The translations under genes and the position numbers were made by a program. Below are positions 39,470-53,084 of a DNA stretch of 64,000 nt, piece after piece. Numbering within the stretch: the first letter of the stretch is position 1; every line of letters starts with the position of its first letter. This DNA comes from Octopus vulgaris (Eukaryota): NCBI GenBank assembly GCA_951406725.2, contig OX597827.1:41354001-41418000 (forward strand), given 5' to 3'. The notes beneath the pieces are model-generated. The model ran no database searches, was not told where the DNA came from, and worked only from the letters and a program-made list of their open reading frames with translations.

Positions 39470-40140
39470 CCCAGCACAAAAGAAAACCGAACAACTTATC
39501 AAATCCTGTCAACGAGTTTGTAATCTCGGCAATCACTTACGTTGATCAGACTTCATTAACCGCCGACAAGTTTACAGACCCCGACAACACTGTTTCAAAA
39601 GTAGTCTACATTGACGATGAAATCAACAACAGAACTTCCAAAACTAGAATTGACCTTAGTAGATTTCATAAGCCGCAAAGGTAGTCTCAAGGCTACCCGA
39701 CAAAACTTCAGCATAAACACAGAGATTTGGGAGAGCCTTAAGGCTGAGAGATCTACCTGGGGCATTCGCATATCGAAAGATACCGTAGCGTCTGAGCTGG
39801 CGAGCAGTAGATGGGCTGAGCTAAAAAGTGGTGCTGAGAAAGTCCTGAACCAGCGACTTATTGGCAAGTTTCTCAGTCACTCCAGAATATATTCATGAGG
39901 AGTGTCATCGGAGAAACAGGGGAGATTATTCAGGAGGTTATGTATTGCATACGTTTCCTTTCTCAGACGTTGGCCTCACATCATTATATCTGTTTTGCTT
40001 TACACTTGGGATAAACGAACTTCCCTTTAGAAGTTGTAGCAGAAGAATGCCGATTATACCAGGACGTCTGCCACCAGTTATTTATGGCTTAGTATACATA
40101 ATGGCCATAAACTATATCCCAATTCCTAAACGTTGAAATC
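39470..40140 (+). mobile_element. Possible highly decayed Penelope-like RT remnant
   Basis: Frameshifted STKEN.EQLI..VNEF..AI segment and a TLGINELPF terminal-like motif; similarity by eye only. Confidence 0.25.
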
Positions 40141-40686
40141 AAAGTTTTTTTTTTAAATCTAAGACAGAATTTGTGCTAGTTGGTCTGAGATCTATTAATA
40201 ACAAACATTCTACCGGCAAGTTGAAAATATATATATATCGTATATTTTCTACACATCTATACAGAGTTCCACGAAGAAAGCTCTACGGACCATATTTTTG
40301 GTATTGAGGTGTAAGAGTCCTTGGTTACATTTTCATTGTAAGTGCCATCAAAGAATATATTTTCGTCCATCCTTAAGTGTCTGTAACACTTTACGTCGGC
40401 CTCGGAGAAATAGACAAGTTATTAGTAGAGACGATAGACTAGGTTGTAATTCTGACCTTATTTTACGATCAAATAAGAACATTTATCTTAGCTAAAGTTC
40501 ATACCTCTCTCCTTTAACCTCTCTGACGAAGTCAAGGTTCTTTAAACCATTCAATTTTTTGTCTGATATTTTTAGGTCGTCCACAAACAAAACAAACAAA
40601 GCAACCCCCAAAATGATGATACTCTCTTCTTGTGCGCCAATCACGTACCCTTTAGGTGTTGTCAATAAAAAGAGTTATGGTTCAGT

Positions 40687-40742
<56 letters not shown>

Positions 40743-41024
40743 AGAAAGAGAGTAAGAGGAAGAGAGAAATCAGTTTGAAATATACCCCTGTAGGTTTCCG
40801 GTAATGTATTCTTAAATACAAGCCCTCATACTTCATTTCTGGCTCACAGTACTGTGAAAATCGAGCAAGCGTTGTTGATTATTGTATGAAACGGGGAAGT
40901 AAGTCTCAGTTATTCCCGAAAGGCTGGTATTTCGTGTATGACCTTAAAACATTTAGTCACTTGCTTTTAAACACACAGACACGTATATCGATAGAGAAAG
41001 AAAGGCAAGAAATGTTATACGAGA

Positions 41025-41065
<41 letters not shown>

Positions 41066-41174
41066 AACACACACACGCACACAAACACACACACACACAC
41101 ACACATGCACACGCACACAAACACACACACACACACATTCACACGCATATACATGCGCTTGGTTCATATGTTAT

Positions 41175-41476
41175 AACCACTAAGCCATATGCCCGTGGGC
41201 ATATGGCGTAGTGGTTTAGAGCGCGGCCTACTAACCCCAAGATTCCGAGTTCAATTCCAAGCAGTGACCCCAACAACAACAACAACAACAACAACAATAA
41301 TAATATCGAAAAATACCTTAGGAGTGAGAATCCAGGTTCGAAATTTCTCCAAGACACCTGATGAAGGCTGGAGGTTATATCAGCCGAAACGTTGTGTTAC
41401 CAACAAACAAGATGAGGACAAATATCCGTCGAATGTAAATAATGTACATAATTCCTCATCTCTTAAATATAGAACC
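41175..41476 (+). mobile_element. tRNA-headed SINE-like element with a 5' fold-back, (CAA)n linker and minimal hammerhead ribozyme
   Basis: A box 41204-41214, B box 41247-41258; inverted copy of the first 20 nt at 41175-41194; hammerhead at 41353-41398. Confidence 0.7.
41353..41398 (+). ncRNA. Minimal type-I hammerhead ribozyme (Penelope-like, dimer-type)
   Basis: GACAC-CTGATGA-A-GGCTG-(10 nt)-CAGCC-GAAA-CG-TT-GTGTT: stem I 5 bp, stem II 5 bp, palindromic ACGT stem III. Confidence 0.7.
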
Positions 41477-41778
41477 AAAATATATTCTGCATCATGTGTA
41501 GGTTCCTCAAGAACTACTTGCGTTTTGTGACGAGTCTAGTTATACAGAGAATCTAAGTAGAAAGACGGATGAACAGAGATAGAAAGGAGATGAGGAAGGT
41601 CAAAGCCATCCTGGTGGATGGCGATGCTAGGAGAGGCGGGTAGTGTGGATGATTGAACAACACCAAGACAAGATATTTTTTTTAGATTCACGGATATGGA
41701 TGGAAGCGCTGACTCTCAAACTTTGAGTGCTTTGTTCTACGTGACTTGACCATATTCTTTTACGAACTGGTTACTCCC

Positions 41779-42114
41779 ATGTATGTATGTATGTATGTAT
41801 GTATGTATGTATGTATGTATGTATGTATGTATGTATGTATGTATGTATGTATGTATGTATGCGTGCGTGCGTGCGTGCGTGCGTGTGTATGTATGTATGT
41901 ATGTATGTATGTATGCATGCATGTATGTATGTATGTATGTATGTATGTATGTATGTATGTATGTATGTATGTATGTACGTATGTATGCATGTATGTATGC
42001 ATGCATGCATGCATGTATGTGTGTATGTATGTATGTATGTATGTATGTATGTATGCATGTATGTATGTATGCATGTATGTATGTATGCATGTATGCATGT
42101 ATGTATGTATGTAT
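41779..42114. repeat. (ATGT)n microsatellite
   Basis: Direct reading. Confidence 0.95.
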
Positions 42115-42192
42115 GATTTAGTACTCGGAGTTTAAAAGGGCCTGTCGCTAAGAAACAGTTGGAACTGAAAACTACAGTGAACATTAGATATG

Positions 42193-42802
42193 TATTGGGT
42201 CATCCCATAAATAATGCGTGTTTTCAATTGCTTGGAGGGGGAGGGGATAAACTACCTGCATCAACTTGCTATAAAAGCAGGTAGTTATTTTACCTTGACC
42301 TTATTCTTAGTGCAAGTTTTGAAGAGTGCGGTTTAATTTTAACAGTTATTTTTTCAAAGCTATAATGGAAGTGACAAAGGAGTATATTCGGTATATTTTG
42401 CTTTATGAGTTCAATAAAGGCATCAACACAATGGAAAGTGCAAGGAATATTAATGCAGTATATGGGGATCGGACAATAAGTGTAAGCCAGTGTCAACAGT
42501 GGTTCCAGAAATTTCGAGCCAGAAACTACAGCCTAGAAGACGAGTTTCGCCCTGGAAGATCTGTAGAGATCGATGACGACATCCTGCAAATCCTGGTGGA
42601 ACAAAATCCCATCGTAACTGTTGAGGAACTAGTAGAGAAGCTCGGATTCAAGTCAGCGCTAAAAGACAAACGACCATCTTTGCTTTCAAGACGGAAGGTG
42701 TTCTTCCATCCAAATAATGCTCGGCCTCATATAGCGAGGATGGCATTTCAAAGGCTGCAGTAGTTTGAATGGGAAACGATGCCTCACCCACCGTATTCGC
42801 CG
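42193..42802 (+). pseudogene. Internally deleted mariner (DD34D-type) transposase remnant
   Basis: TA plus TIR-like TTGGGTCATCCCATAAATAATGCG; MEVTKEYIRYILLYEF...WFQKFR...LEDEFRPGR HTH region; FHPNNARPH, an in-frame stop, then WETMPHPPYSP. Confidence 0.85.
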
Positions 42803-43716
42803 GTGTGTTGTAGCGCGTGTGCTTCAAGTAAAGGCCCATTCAGAACGCACGCTCATTAAGAACCAGAAACAAAGAAATTCATACCTCTCTGTCCTGTTTT
42901 ATCTGGAAGTTTCAATACAAGGAAAATGAAATATCTAAGGCTCTCTCTTATGCTCTCAGCGCGTACAACTGCCGCTTTTTGTCTCTTAGAGGAGATGCAC
43001 ATACATACAGCAACCCACTGCAATCCTTGAAAAGAAGACTAGACTGTCATAGCACTGTCTTCAGCAGAGCTCTCTTGCTAATTTTTGACCATTATTTGAT
43101 AATGATATTTCATAAATTTTTATGAACCTTTATTGAAATTTTACTGGATTTTCTGAAAGCGAAGGAAACTATTTTTATCTGTTGAGATAGTGGTTTTACG
43201 TATTCACCGATCATTCAGTAATATCGAGATCGTTCAGTAATATCATTAAAGTACTACAGCAAATACTTACTCCAAACACACTTTATACATGATCCACAGC
43301 CAACCAGTCTTCTTTAGGACTCGGGGTTGCCTCGCCATTTATCGTAGCAGTATCAAAACCTATTTCATAGTTCATCCTTTCTTAACATTAGCTCTAATCC
43401 TAACATTAACATTAGCTTCATGTAAGGGCTACATGTTACTCACACGCTCATAAACGTTTCATAGTAGATAAAGGTCATGCGTGTACACACAGACATACAT
43501 ACACACATTTGCTCATTGTAAAGGTCATAGAAATAGTTGCGCATAGAAGCATACTCCTCCACACGGTTGGATGGATACACATTTTTCGAGTCTGTGTAAA
43601 GGCCACAAGAGCAAGACAATACAGATGTACATGTGGGCAGGGAGACATTCAGAGACGCAGACCGGCGTTCATATTTTCTCAACAAAAGGACACAAAGCAC
43701 TCATGCATATACACAT

Positions 43717-43782
<66 letters not shown>

Positions 43783-43926
43783 TACGCATACACATATGCA
43801 TACAAGCACTCATACATTCACATACATACATACACACATACATACATACAAACATACATACATATATATTCTGTAATTCTGTTGTTTCAACCCTAAGGCT
43901 GTGGCCATGCTGGGGCACCGCCAGTG

Positions 43927-44026
<100 letters not shown>

Positions 44027-44117
44027 AGAGAGAGATTCTGATGAATATGGTACTTAAGTTGAAGGCACCAGAATTTAGTATGGTATTATTCATATAATTT
44101 AAAATAAGGTGATTATA

Positions 44118-44459
44118 ATCAAAATAAGCAACAAGGATATCCAGAGGTAATGCAGTACAATCGTTTCAAGCGATTCCATGTAATTGAACAATGCAAACAT
44201 TACATCAATTTAGAGTTGTTATAACTGTGATGTTGTTGGTAAAATATGTTCTTTGTCTATCTCCTTATCCTCTTGGTGATTTTGGATAAAAAAATTATGC
44301 AAATGAGTCGTTCGAATTTAACTAAATTCTATATTTTTATGCAGCTGAAGATTGCTTTACATTTTAAATTGATGTAATGTTTGCATTGTTCAATTAAATG
44401 GAGTCGCATGAAACGATCGTACTGCATTACCTCTGGATATCCTTGTTGCTTATTTTGAT
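44118..44459. repeat. Inverted repeat (~95-bp arms) whose right unit contains a hammerhead (44339-44427)
   Basis: ATGCAG-CTGAAGA-long stem II-GAAA-CGATCG-TA-CTGCAT. Confidence 0.7.
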
Positions 44460-44894
44460 ACACACACACACACACACACACATATAATATAATATAATTT
44501 AATATAATATAATATAATATAATATAATATTATATAATGCACATTCACATACTTGAAACTACCAGTACCTTCCACTGACCATTCAACTACGAACATGTGT
44601 AGTTAAAGACACAACAGGAGCCACTCCTACCATAAATTCCTCCTATGACCTTAAATGATACTAAGCCCAACCACACATAGATTAACTGCCACAACCACAC
44701 ACACACACACACACGTGCTATCATTACACCCACATACACACACACACAGACCTGCGCGCACGCACACACCTGCACATACACACACACACAGACCTGCGCG
44801 CACGCACACACCTGCACATACACACACATACCTCCTTCTCTTGCACTCTCTTGTCTTTGAAATAACTTTTTCTTTACCCATTCCCTTCCGGTAA

Positions 44895-45106
44895 TTCAAT
44901 ATGTGACCGCGTGTGTATCGTTGGCGATTTTTTCCTCCGTCTTCCCTTTCTTGGATCTTTCCTTTTTCTACGTTTTTGACGAAGAGCTCAACTCGAAACG
45001 TTAAATCCTCCTTCTTTCTTTCCTTCCTGAGCGTCAATAACACTATACTTGTTCCACGTCCTCGCGTTGTTGTGTTTTCTCTTTGCGTTTTCATGTTTGG
45101 ATTAAT

Positions 45107-45110
<4 letters not shown>
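44895..45110 (+). mobile_element. Penelope-terminus-like repeat with a degenerate minimal hammerhead (44976-45005)
   Basis: TTGACGA-A-GAG-CTCAA-CTC-GAAACGTT-AAA; sister copy at 46795-47006; ends in (TA)n. Confidence 0.6.
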
Positions 45111-45161
<51 letters not shown>

Positions 45162-45535
45162 GGGTTTTTCTTGGAATAGAGTTACATATAACAGCATGTA
45201 AATACCGGGTTTATAGATACGCATGTGCACACACACACATTCCCACTCAGTCTACATACACATACCAACACACACATAGCCACCCCACCCAGTCACACAC
45301 CTTTCAGACTGACACTCACTCACTATTGATCATTCCCACTACGCACACATGCAAACACACAAACACACGCACAACCACACCCACCCATTCACATACCTTT
45401 CACTACGGACTTCTGATTGACTTCTCAGAGCAGCATATACTCGCACACAGATCCTACAGCGCGTGCGCGCGCACACACACCACACATACCACATACAACA
45501 CATACACACAGACGACTCACACAAACACTGTTATG

Positions 45536-46105
45536 TTATAGAACGGCCTATCAAGAAGGTATATACAATCGACTAAAAATTCTAAAGCGTGTCATACGTC
45601 TAAAAATCTAAATAAAATAAAATATTAATCGACTAAAAACATTTTCCTACTCCCCTCAAACAAAAAAAAAATGTCATGAAAGTTCATTTCATAAAACCAT
45701 GGTAGGTTGGAGTCCTCTTCAGGATGAACAGGAGTCTCAACAAATTGTTCGGCAAAAAGAGACCGACAAAATAAGTACTAGGGGTCGATTTGTTGAGATT
45801 CCAGCTCATCCTGATGCGGGGGTCATTGCCGAGATGCACCTGAACTCGTAATCGAACCGCGACAGTGAACTTCCGAAATGGCCATAAATGTGTTTGACTT
45901 GATTTTCAGGAACTCTTTTACGCTCCTAGACTCCAACTTATCATGGTTTTATGAAATGAACTATTTTGACATATTTTTGGTTTGAGGGGAGAAAGAAAAT
46001 TTTTTTAGTCAATTGATATTTTATTTTATTTAGATTTTTAGTCGTATGACCCGTTTTAGAATTTTTAGTCAATTGTATATACCTTCTTGATAGGCTGTTC
46101 TATAA
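45536..46105. repeat. Long inverted repeat (~175-bp outer arms plus ~27-bp inner arms) with a decayed hammerhead at 45807-45890
   Basis: Outer arms 45536-~45714 / ~45929-46105; CTGATGC...GAAA-TGGCCA-TA; the mirror copy keeps CTGAAGA. Confidence 0.7.
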
Positions 46106-46725
46106 ATCTGTATTTTTATTTGCATATATATTTCTTTACCTTCTGTATTTTTTTAATATATGTATTCTTTATATGTTAAAGGCCATGATACTATTTATAT
46201 ATGATCAAATGTTTGGAGGCGTGGTGTTATATATAAAGTCGTTGACTCGAATTTGATATTTGTCCTCTGATCAAGGTTAGCTCTCACTGTTTGTGTTACT
46301 GTTATTCTCCTTTTACTGTTGTCCTGTCTTTTACTGTTTATATTTTGTACTGTCTTTACTGTCCTGTTTTTGTTCCCATTTTTACCTCCCCGCAAAAAAA
46401 TCGCAAATTTTATTTAATCTGCTTTTGTGGGAAGGATTGTTTCAACGAAGTCGTGTCTCGCCTTTTACCTTCGAAACACGGATTAGATGAAACAGAGGCG
46501 GCTGAAGAAGGGAAATTTTCTTGTGTTGTACGTCTTGTACCCTATATTTTCGTTGTTTAAGAAAAATGTCCATTTCCTTGGTTTTGTGTTTATGTTTTCG
46601 TTTCTCATTGTGTTCGACGTTTTTTTGGTGTCTTGTACCCATATATGCATGTATATATACATGTAGAGGTAGGTACGTACATATATGTATGTATACATGC
46701 ATATGTTTTATTTATTAATTTGTTA

Positions 46726-46792
<67 letters not shown>

Positions 46793-46794
46793 TA

Positions 46795-47006
46795 TTTCAA
46801 TATGTGACCGCCTGTGTATCGTTGGCGATTTTCTTTCTCCGTCTTCCCTTCCTTGGACTTTTCCTTTTTCTATGTTTCTGAGGAACAGCTCCGCTCGAAA
46901 CGTTAAATCCTCCTTTCTTTCCTTTCCGGAGTGTTCAATAACACTATACTTGTTCCACGTCCTCGCATTGTTGTGTTTTCTCTTTGTTCATGTTTGGATT
47001 AACTAT
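46795..47006 (+). mobile_element. Second copy of the hammerhead-bearing repeat
   Basis: CTGAGGA-A-CAGC-TCC-GCTC-GAAACGTT-AAA at 46878-46907; aligns with 44895-45110. Confidence 0.6.
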
Positions 47007-47489
47007 ACACACACACACACACACGCACGCACGTGTATATATATAAAAACATATATATATATATATACATATACACACACACATATATATATAATCTTAC
47101 TGACAATATAACCACACATACACACATGCATATACGCACGTTTTATTTTGCCAAGCTAAATAACGGATCCTTCATCGATTATAAAGACGAGTATTGCAGT
47201 CATTCAAACAACGAAGCGGGTCTTTTATTATTTTATAATGCAATTGGGTGACGATTCCACAGACACTTGCATACTGAATGAAATCCCCAGTTGGAACCAA
47301 CGCTACGCAATGGCTGACAAGACTGGCACATTGAATTATTGGTGCAGTTCTTCTTGTTCTATTGAGTGACTTAATATGCCGCATATATTTGTGCCATTGA
47401 CATAATACTAAAGTAGAATCAGTGTGAAAATGGTGGCACTTTGAATTATAGTTACAATCTCTGTCTCTCTTACTCACACACACACACAC

Positions 47490-48020
<531 letters not shown>

Positions 48021-48574
48021 TACAAACACACACACATGCACATACTCTCCAGCAAGATAACTGTACGTTCTTCTATTTGCGTCTACCGTGACTTTTGCGC
48101 ATACACTCCATTACAGAGATAAAAACGTCCCACATAATGCACTCTTAAACGCTAGTCCTTTTGCCTAAAATAACTTCCACTTAATTTCTAGTCCTTGTTA
48201 ATCGTCCGATCTCTTTTCTATAAACATTCGATACGCACCAGTGGTCAATAATCATGCTTTGCTCACGTTAATTAAGAATTTAATTAAAATATTTGGTGAA
48301 TCCAATTTCAATAACGGCAAACGTCATTGGTTGCTTCATAGTATCAAATCGGTTCTCCATTGCTTACTGCTTTACTTTCTCGCCTTAACCCTGTCACGCC
48401 GTTATTCTCGTTGTAGCGGAAATATGCTAAACGTCATCTCTGCCGGATTCCCGATAAAGCGTTAATGAACAACAAACGCCGAAAAAGAAGACATAACTGA
48501 TTCTTAATGGCTTCCAAGGACACAGTGTTTCGTTATGCAACCATATGTTGCAAAGTATTCTTTTATTCTTATAT

Positions 48575-48766
48575 TCTTTTATCCTTTTATTCGTTTCAGT
48601 CATTTTGACAGCGGCCATGCTGGAGCACCGCCTTTAGTCGAGCAAATCGACTCCGGAACTTATTCTTTGTAAGCCTATTACTTATTCTATCGGTCTCTTA
48701 TGCCGAACTGCTAAGTTACTGGGGTGTAAACACACCAGCATCGGTTGTCAAGCGATGTTGGGGGGA

Positions 48767-48836
<70 letters not shown>

Positions 48837-48968
48837 CATACTTATATACGACAGACTTCTTTCAGTTTCCATCTGCCAAATCCACTCAAGGTTTTCGTCG
48901 GCCCGAGGCTATAGTAGAAGACACTTGCCCAAGGTGCCACGCAGTGGGACTGAACCCGGAACCATGTG
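48575..48968 (-). mobile_element. SINE family A (5'-truncated)
   Basis: Homology to 15877-16252. Confidence 0.85.
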
Positions 48969-49084
48969 CTAATATTAATATTTAAATAAAAAGTACACTC
49001 ATATACAGACATGTATATGTAAGTTATACAGATAACTATAGAGTAAATAATTTTGATTAAACAGATTTATTTGTTTTAACTGGA

Positions 49085-49467
49085 TGGAAGCACTCCGTCA
49101 GTTACGACGACGAGGGTTCCGGTTGATCCGATCAACGGAACAGCCTGCTCGTGAAATTAACGTGTAAGTGGCTGAGCATTCCACAGGCACGTGTACCCTT
49201 AACGTAGTTCTCGGGGATATTCAGCGTGACACAGAGAGTGACAAGGCCGGCCCTTTGAAATACAGGTACAACAGAAACAAGAAGTAAGAGTGAGAGAAAG
49301 TTGTGGTGAAAGAGTACAGCAGGGATCACCACCATCCCTGCCGGAGCCTCATGGAGCTTTAGGTGTTTTCGCTCAATAAACACTCACAACGCCCGGTCTG
49401 GGAATCGAAACCGCGATCCTACGACCGCGAGTCCGCTGCCCTAACCACTAGGCCATTGCGCCTCCAC
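49085..49467 (-). mobile_element. SINE family C, near full length
   Basis: tRNA-Arg-like head; 3' domain shared with 19887-20205 and 56515-56823. Confidence 0.85.
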
Positions 49468-50922
49468 TGTTTTAAATAAGAGACTATGCTTTCACCTGTT
49501 TATAGAGTACATCAGAAACTTATATAAAATTTCAAAACGTTTTCGGGACAATATACAAACTCCCTCTCTCTCTCTCTCTCACACACACACGGAGGTATAA
49601 TTATTGCACTCAATAAAATAAAATAAACGAAAATGTGTTGTTAATTAGTGTCAAGAGAATTTGTGATAGTCTGTGTCAGTTAATTAGCTGTCATTAGCAG
49701 AAAGAAGGCTTCTGTTATATCTAAAATGGATCATTGCTTCTCAAAACATTGTACAGTATTTTATTTTATTGTATTTACAGCAATTGTATCATATTAGGTT
49801 AATAAGGCTTGTGGTTTACATAAATTATATATTTGTTTTTTCTTGTTTCTCTCATTTCTACTATATTTAGAATATTGATGATTATACTGATGTATATATA
49901 GTATTTTAATAAGTTTTGTGAGATGTAGTAATTTAAAAATGATGATCAGAAAATCCATTTATCCAGCAGCCCTCCGATATCAGTGATGTCGATTAGGAGG
50001 GAGTTTAGTGTATATCGATTAGTCTTTGTTTTTGTCCAACTGAGCAGAATATGTTTCTCTGAGGAGGTCTAATAAAACCGAAACATATCCGTAGTTGTCA
50101 CCAGTAGATTTAAAGACCCACTGTCCTTTAATCTATGTCTTCTACATCTTCCATTTCAGTTCACTGTCTTATTGGAGTTATGTCTCTCGTTAGTTGGGTT
50201 TTAGACTTCAAGCATCACCAGAAGAAGTTTTTTTCTCCTACTTGCCAATTTATTTATTGAAATCTATTTAATTATACATAGGAAACCTTAGCGTAATTTG
50301 TAATTTAGTAGACAGGATGAACGCTTCCCCGAGGCCTTTTTCTTGACGGTTGTATTGTTGACTTACAATTACATCAATACACACACACACACACACACAC
50401 ATTTAATCACTCGCATATTACACCGATGCCCGCAAACACACACATGGATATTACACCGAAGCACAAAAGTACACGCATATATATTACTCGGATACACGTA
50501 GTGCATATATATACACACACACGGTGCACACAAATAGACACACACATTATATGACTGCACACACAAACACACACGCATATTACACTGATGCACACAGATA
50601 TACATGCATATTACACGAATGCACACAAAACAAACACATATGTATTACACGGATGTACACAGACATATATGCATTTATTACACAGATGCACGCAAATACA
50701 CACGACATACTACACATACAAACGCATACACAAATGCACACATATGACACCACACACATAGAAACGTGCGCTCAGACTCACACACTACATACATACATGT
50801 ATACATGCATATATATACATACGTGCATACACGTGTAAAAAAATTAATGGCTAGATTGATGTAAGAATATTACGACACACAAATGTCCAGGGACATGCAC
50901 ACACAAACATACAATACTCTCA

Positions 50923-50965
<43 letters not shown>

Positions 50966-51031
50966 CGCATGCACACACATAATACTCAGACATGTAGTTT
51001 AAAGGATGACATATTCACATACGGAAGTATG

Positions 51032-51520
51032 TTGTTGTTGCCTGGTTCATATGGACCGGTTTCCCGGTTTCCTTGGCGTATAGGTTCCCCACCTGGACGG
51101 GATGCCAGTCCGTCGCAGGTGAGCAGCAAGATGCCGGAGGAAAGAGTGAGAGAAAGCTGTGGCGAAAGAGTCAGCAGAAGTTCGCCATTACCTTCTGCCG
51201 GAGCCGCGTGGAGCTTAGGTGTTTCGCTCATAAACACACACATCGCTCGGTCTGAGATTCGAACCACTAGGCCATGTGCCTCCACACGGAAGTATGTATA
51301 TATCTTTACTGCCCACAAGGGGCTAAACATAGAGGGGACAAACAAGGACAGACAAAGGGAGTAAGTCAATTATATTGACCCCAGTGCGAAACTGGTACTT
51401 TATTTATCGACCCCGAAAGGATGAAAGGTAAAGTCGACCTCGGCGGAATTTGAACTCAGAACATAATGACAGACGAAATACCGCTAAGCACTTCGCCCGG
51501 CGCGCTAACGTTTCTGCCAG
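51032..51520 (-). mobile_element. Adjacent SINE C (51032-51285) and SINE B (51299-51520) sharing one target motif
   Basis: CGGAAGTATGT at 51022, 51287 and 51521. Confidence 0.8.
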
Positions 51521-51573
51521 CGGAAGTATGTAGACACACGAAAAGACTCATACACATAGACACAGATGTACGA

Positions 51574-51631
<58 letters not shown>

Positions 51632-51779
51632 TTAACACATACACACTTGCATACATACACTCTGACATAAGATACATAAGATACAGATACATTTATATAC
51701 CTAAGATCAATCACATTCAAATAGACACATAGAAACGCACACATATATACAAGGACATACACACCACTCACGTATTGGC

Positions 51780-53012
51780 TTTAAGACCAGCAATTTCGTG
51801 TGTGTTGGACTAAATCGATTACATCGACTCCAGTATGCAACTGGTACTTATTTTATCGACCCGGAAAGGATGAAAGCAAAGTCGACCTTGGTGGAATTTG
51901 AACTCAGAGCGTAAGGACGGACGAAATGCGGCTTAGCATTTTGATCAGCTTCCTAACGATTCTGCCAGCTCACCACTTGATATTCGTTCCAAATGTTGGC
52001 ACAAGGCCAGCAATTTCGTGAGGGTGGGGGCTAAGTTGATTACGTCGACACCAGTACTCAACTTGTACTTATTTTATCGACCCTGAAAAGATAAAAAGCG
52101 AAGTCAACCTCGGCGGAGTTTGAACTCAGATTGTAAGGGCAGACGAAATGCCGCTCAGCCTTATGCCCGGCGCGCTAAGCATGTTGCCAGCTCGCCGCCT
52201 TTCATCATTCTCATATTCTTTTCTACTCTAGGCACAAGCCCGGAAATTTTGGGGGAGGGGGCCAGTCGATTAGATCGACCCCAGTACGCAACTGATACTT
52301 AATTTATCGACCCCGAAAAGATGAAAAGCAAAGTTGACCTCGGTGGAATTTGAACTCAGAACGTAAAGACAGAAGAAATACCTATTTCTTTATTACCCAC
52401 AAGGGGCTAAACATAGAGGGGACAAATAAGGACAGACAAAGGGATTAAGTCGATTACATCGACCCCAGTACGCAACTGATACTTAATTTATCGACCCCGA
52501 AAGGATGAAAGGCAAAGTTGACCTCGGTGAAATTTGAACTCAGAACGTAAAAACAGACGAAATACCGCTAAGCATTTTGTCCGGCGTGCTAACGTTTCTT
52601 ATTTCTTTACTGCCCACAAGGGGTTAAACACAGAGGGGGAAAACAAGGATAGATAAACGGATTAAGTCGATTACATCGACCCCAGTGCGTAACTGGTACT
52701 TAATTTATCGACCCCGAAAGGATGAAAGGCAAAGTCGACGTCGGCGGAATTTGAACTCAGAACGTAACGGTAGATGAAATACTTATTTCTTTACTACCCA
52801 TAAGGGGCTAAACACAGAGGGAACAAACAAGGACAGACAAACGGATTAAGTCGATTATATCAACCCCAGTGCGTAACTGGTACTTATTTAATCGACCCCG
52901 AAAGGATGAAAGGCGAAGTCGACCTCGGCGGAATTTGAACTCAGAACATAGCGGCAGACGAAATACCGCTAAGCATTTCGCCCGGCGTGCTAACGTATCT
53001 ACCAGCACGCCG
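51780..53012 (-). mobile_element. Cluster of about six SINE family B units, including a four-unit concatemer (~52215-53012)
   Basis: Repeated CGACCCCGAAAGGATGAAAGGCAAAGTCGACCTCGGCGGAATTTGAACTCAG core. Confidence 0.85.
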
Positions 53013-53084
53013 CCGTCCGTCAGTCTCATATTGAGATACATTAACACAGTAACATCTCCTTGTATGACACACACTTACAAGGAG

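Noticed and set aside
50059-50089. CTGAGGA-GGT...ACC-GAAA-CATA-TC hammerhead-like core
   Set aside because: No stem I and a broken stem III palindrome; at best a decayed copy.
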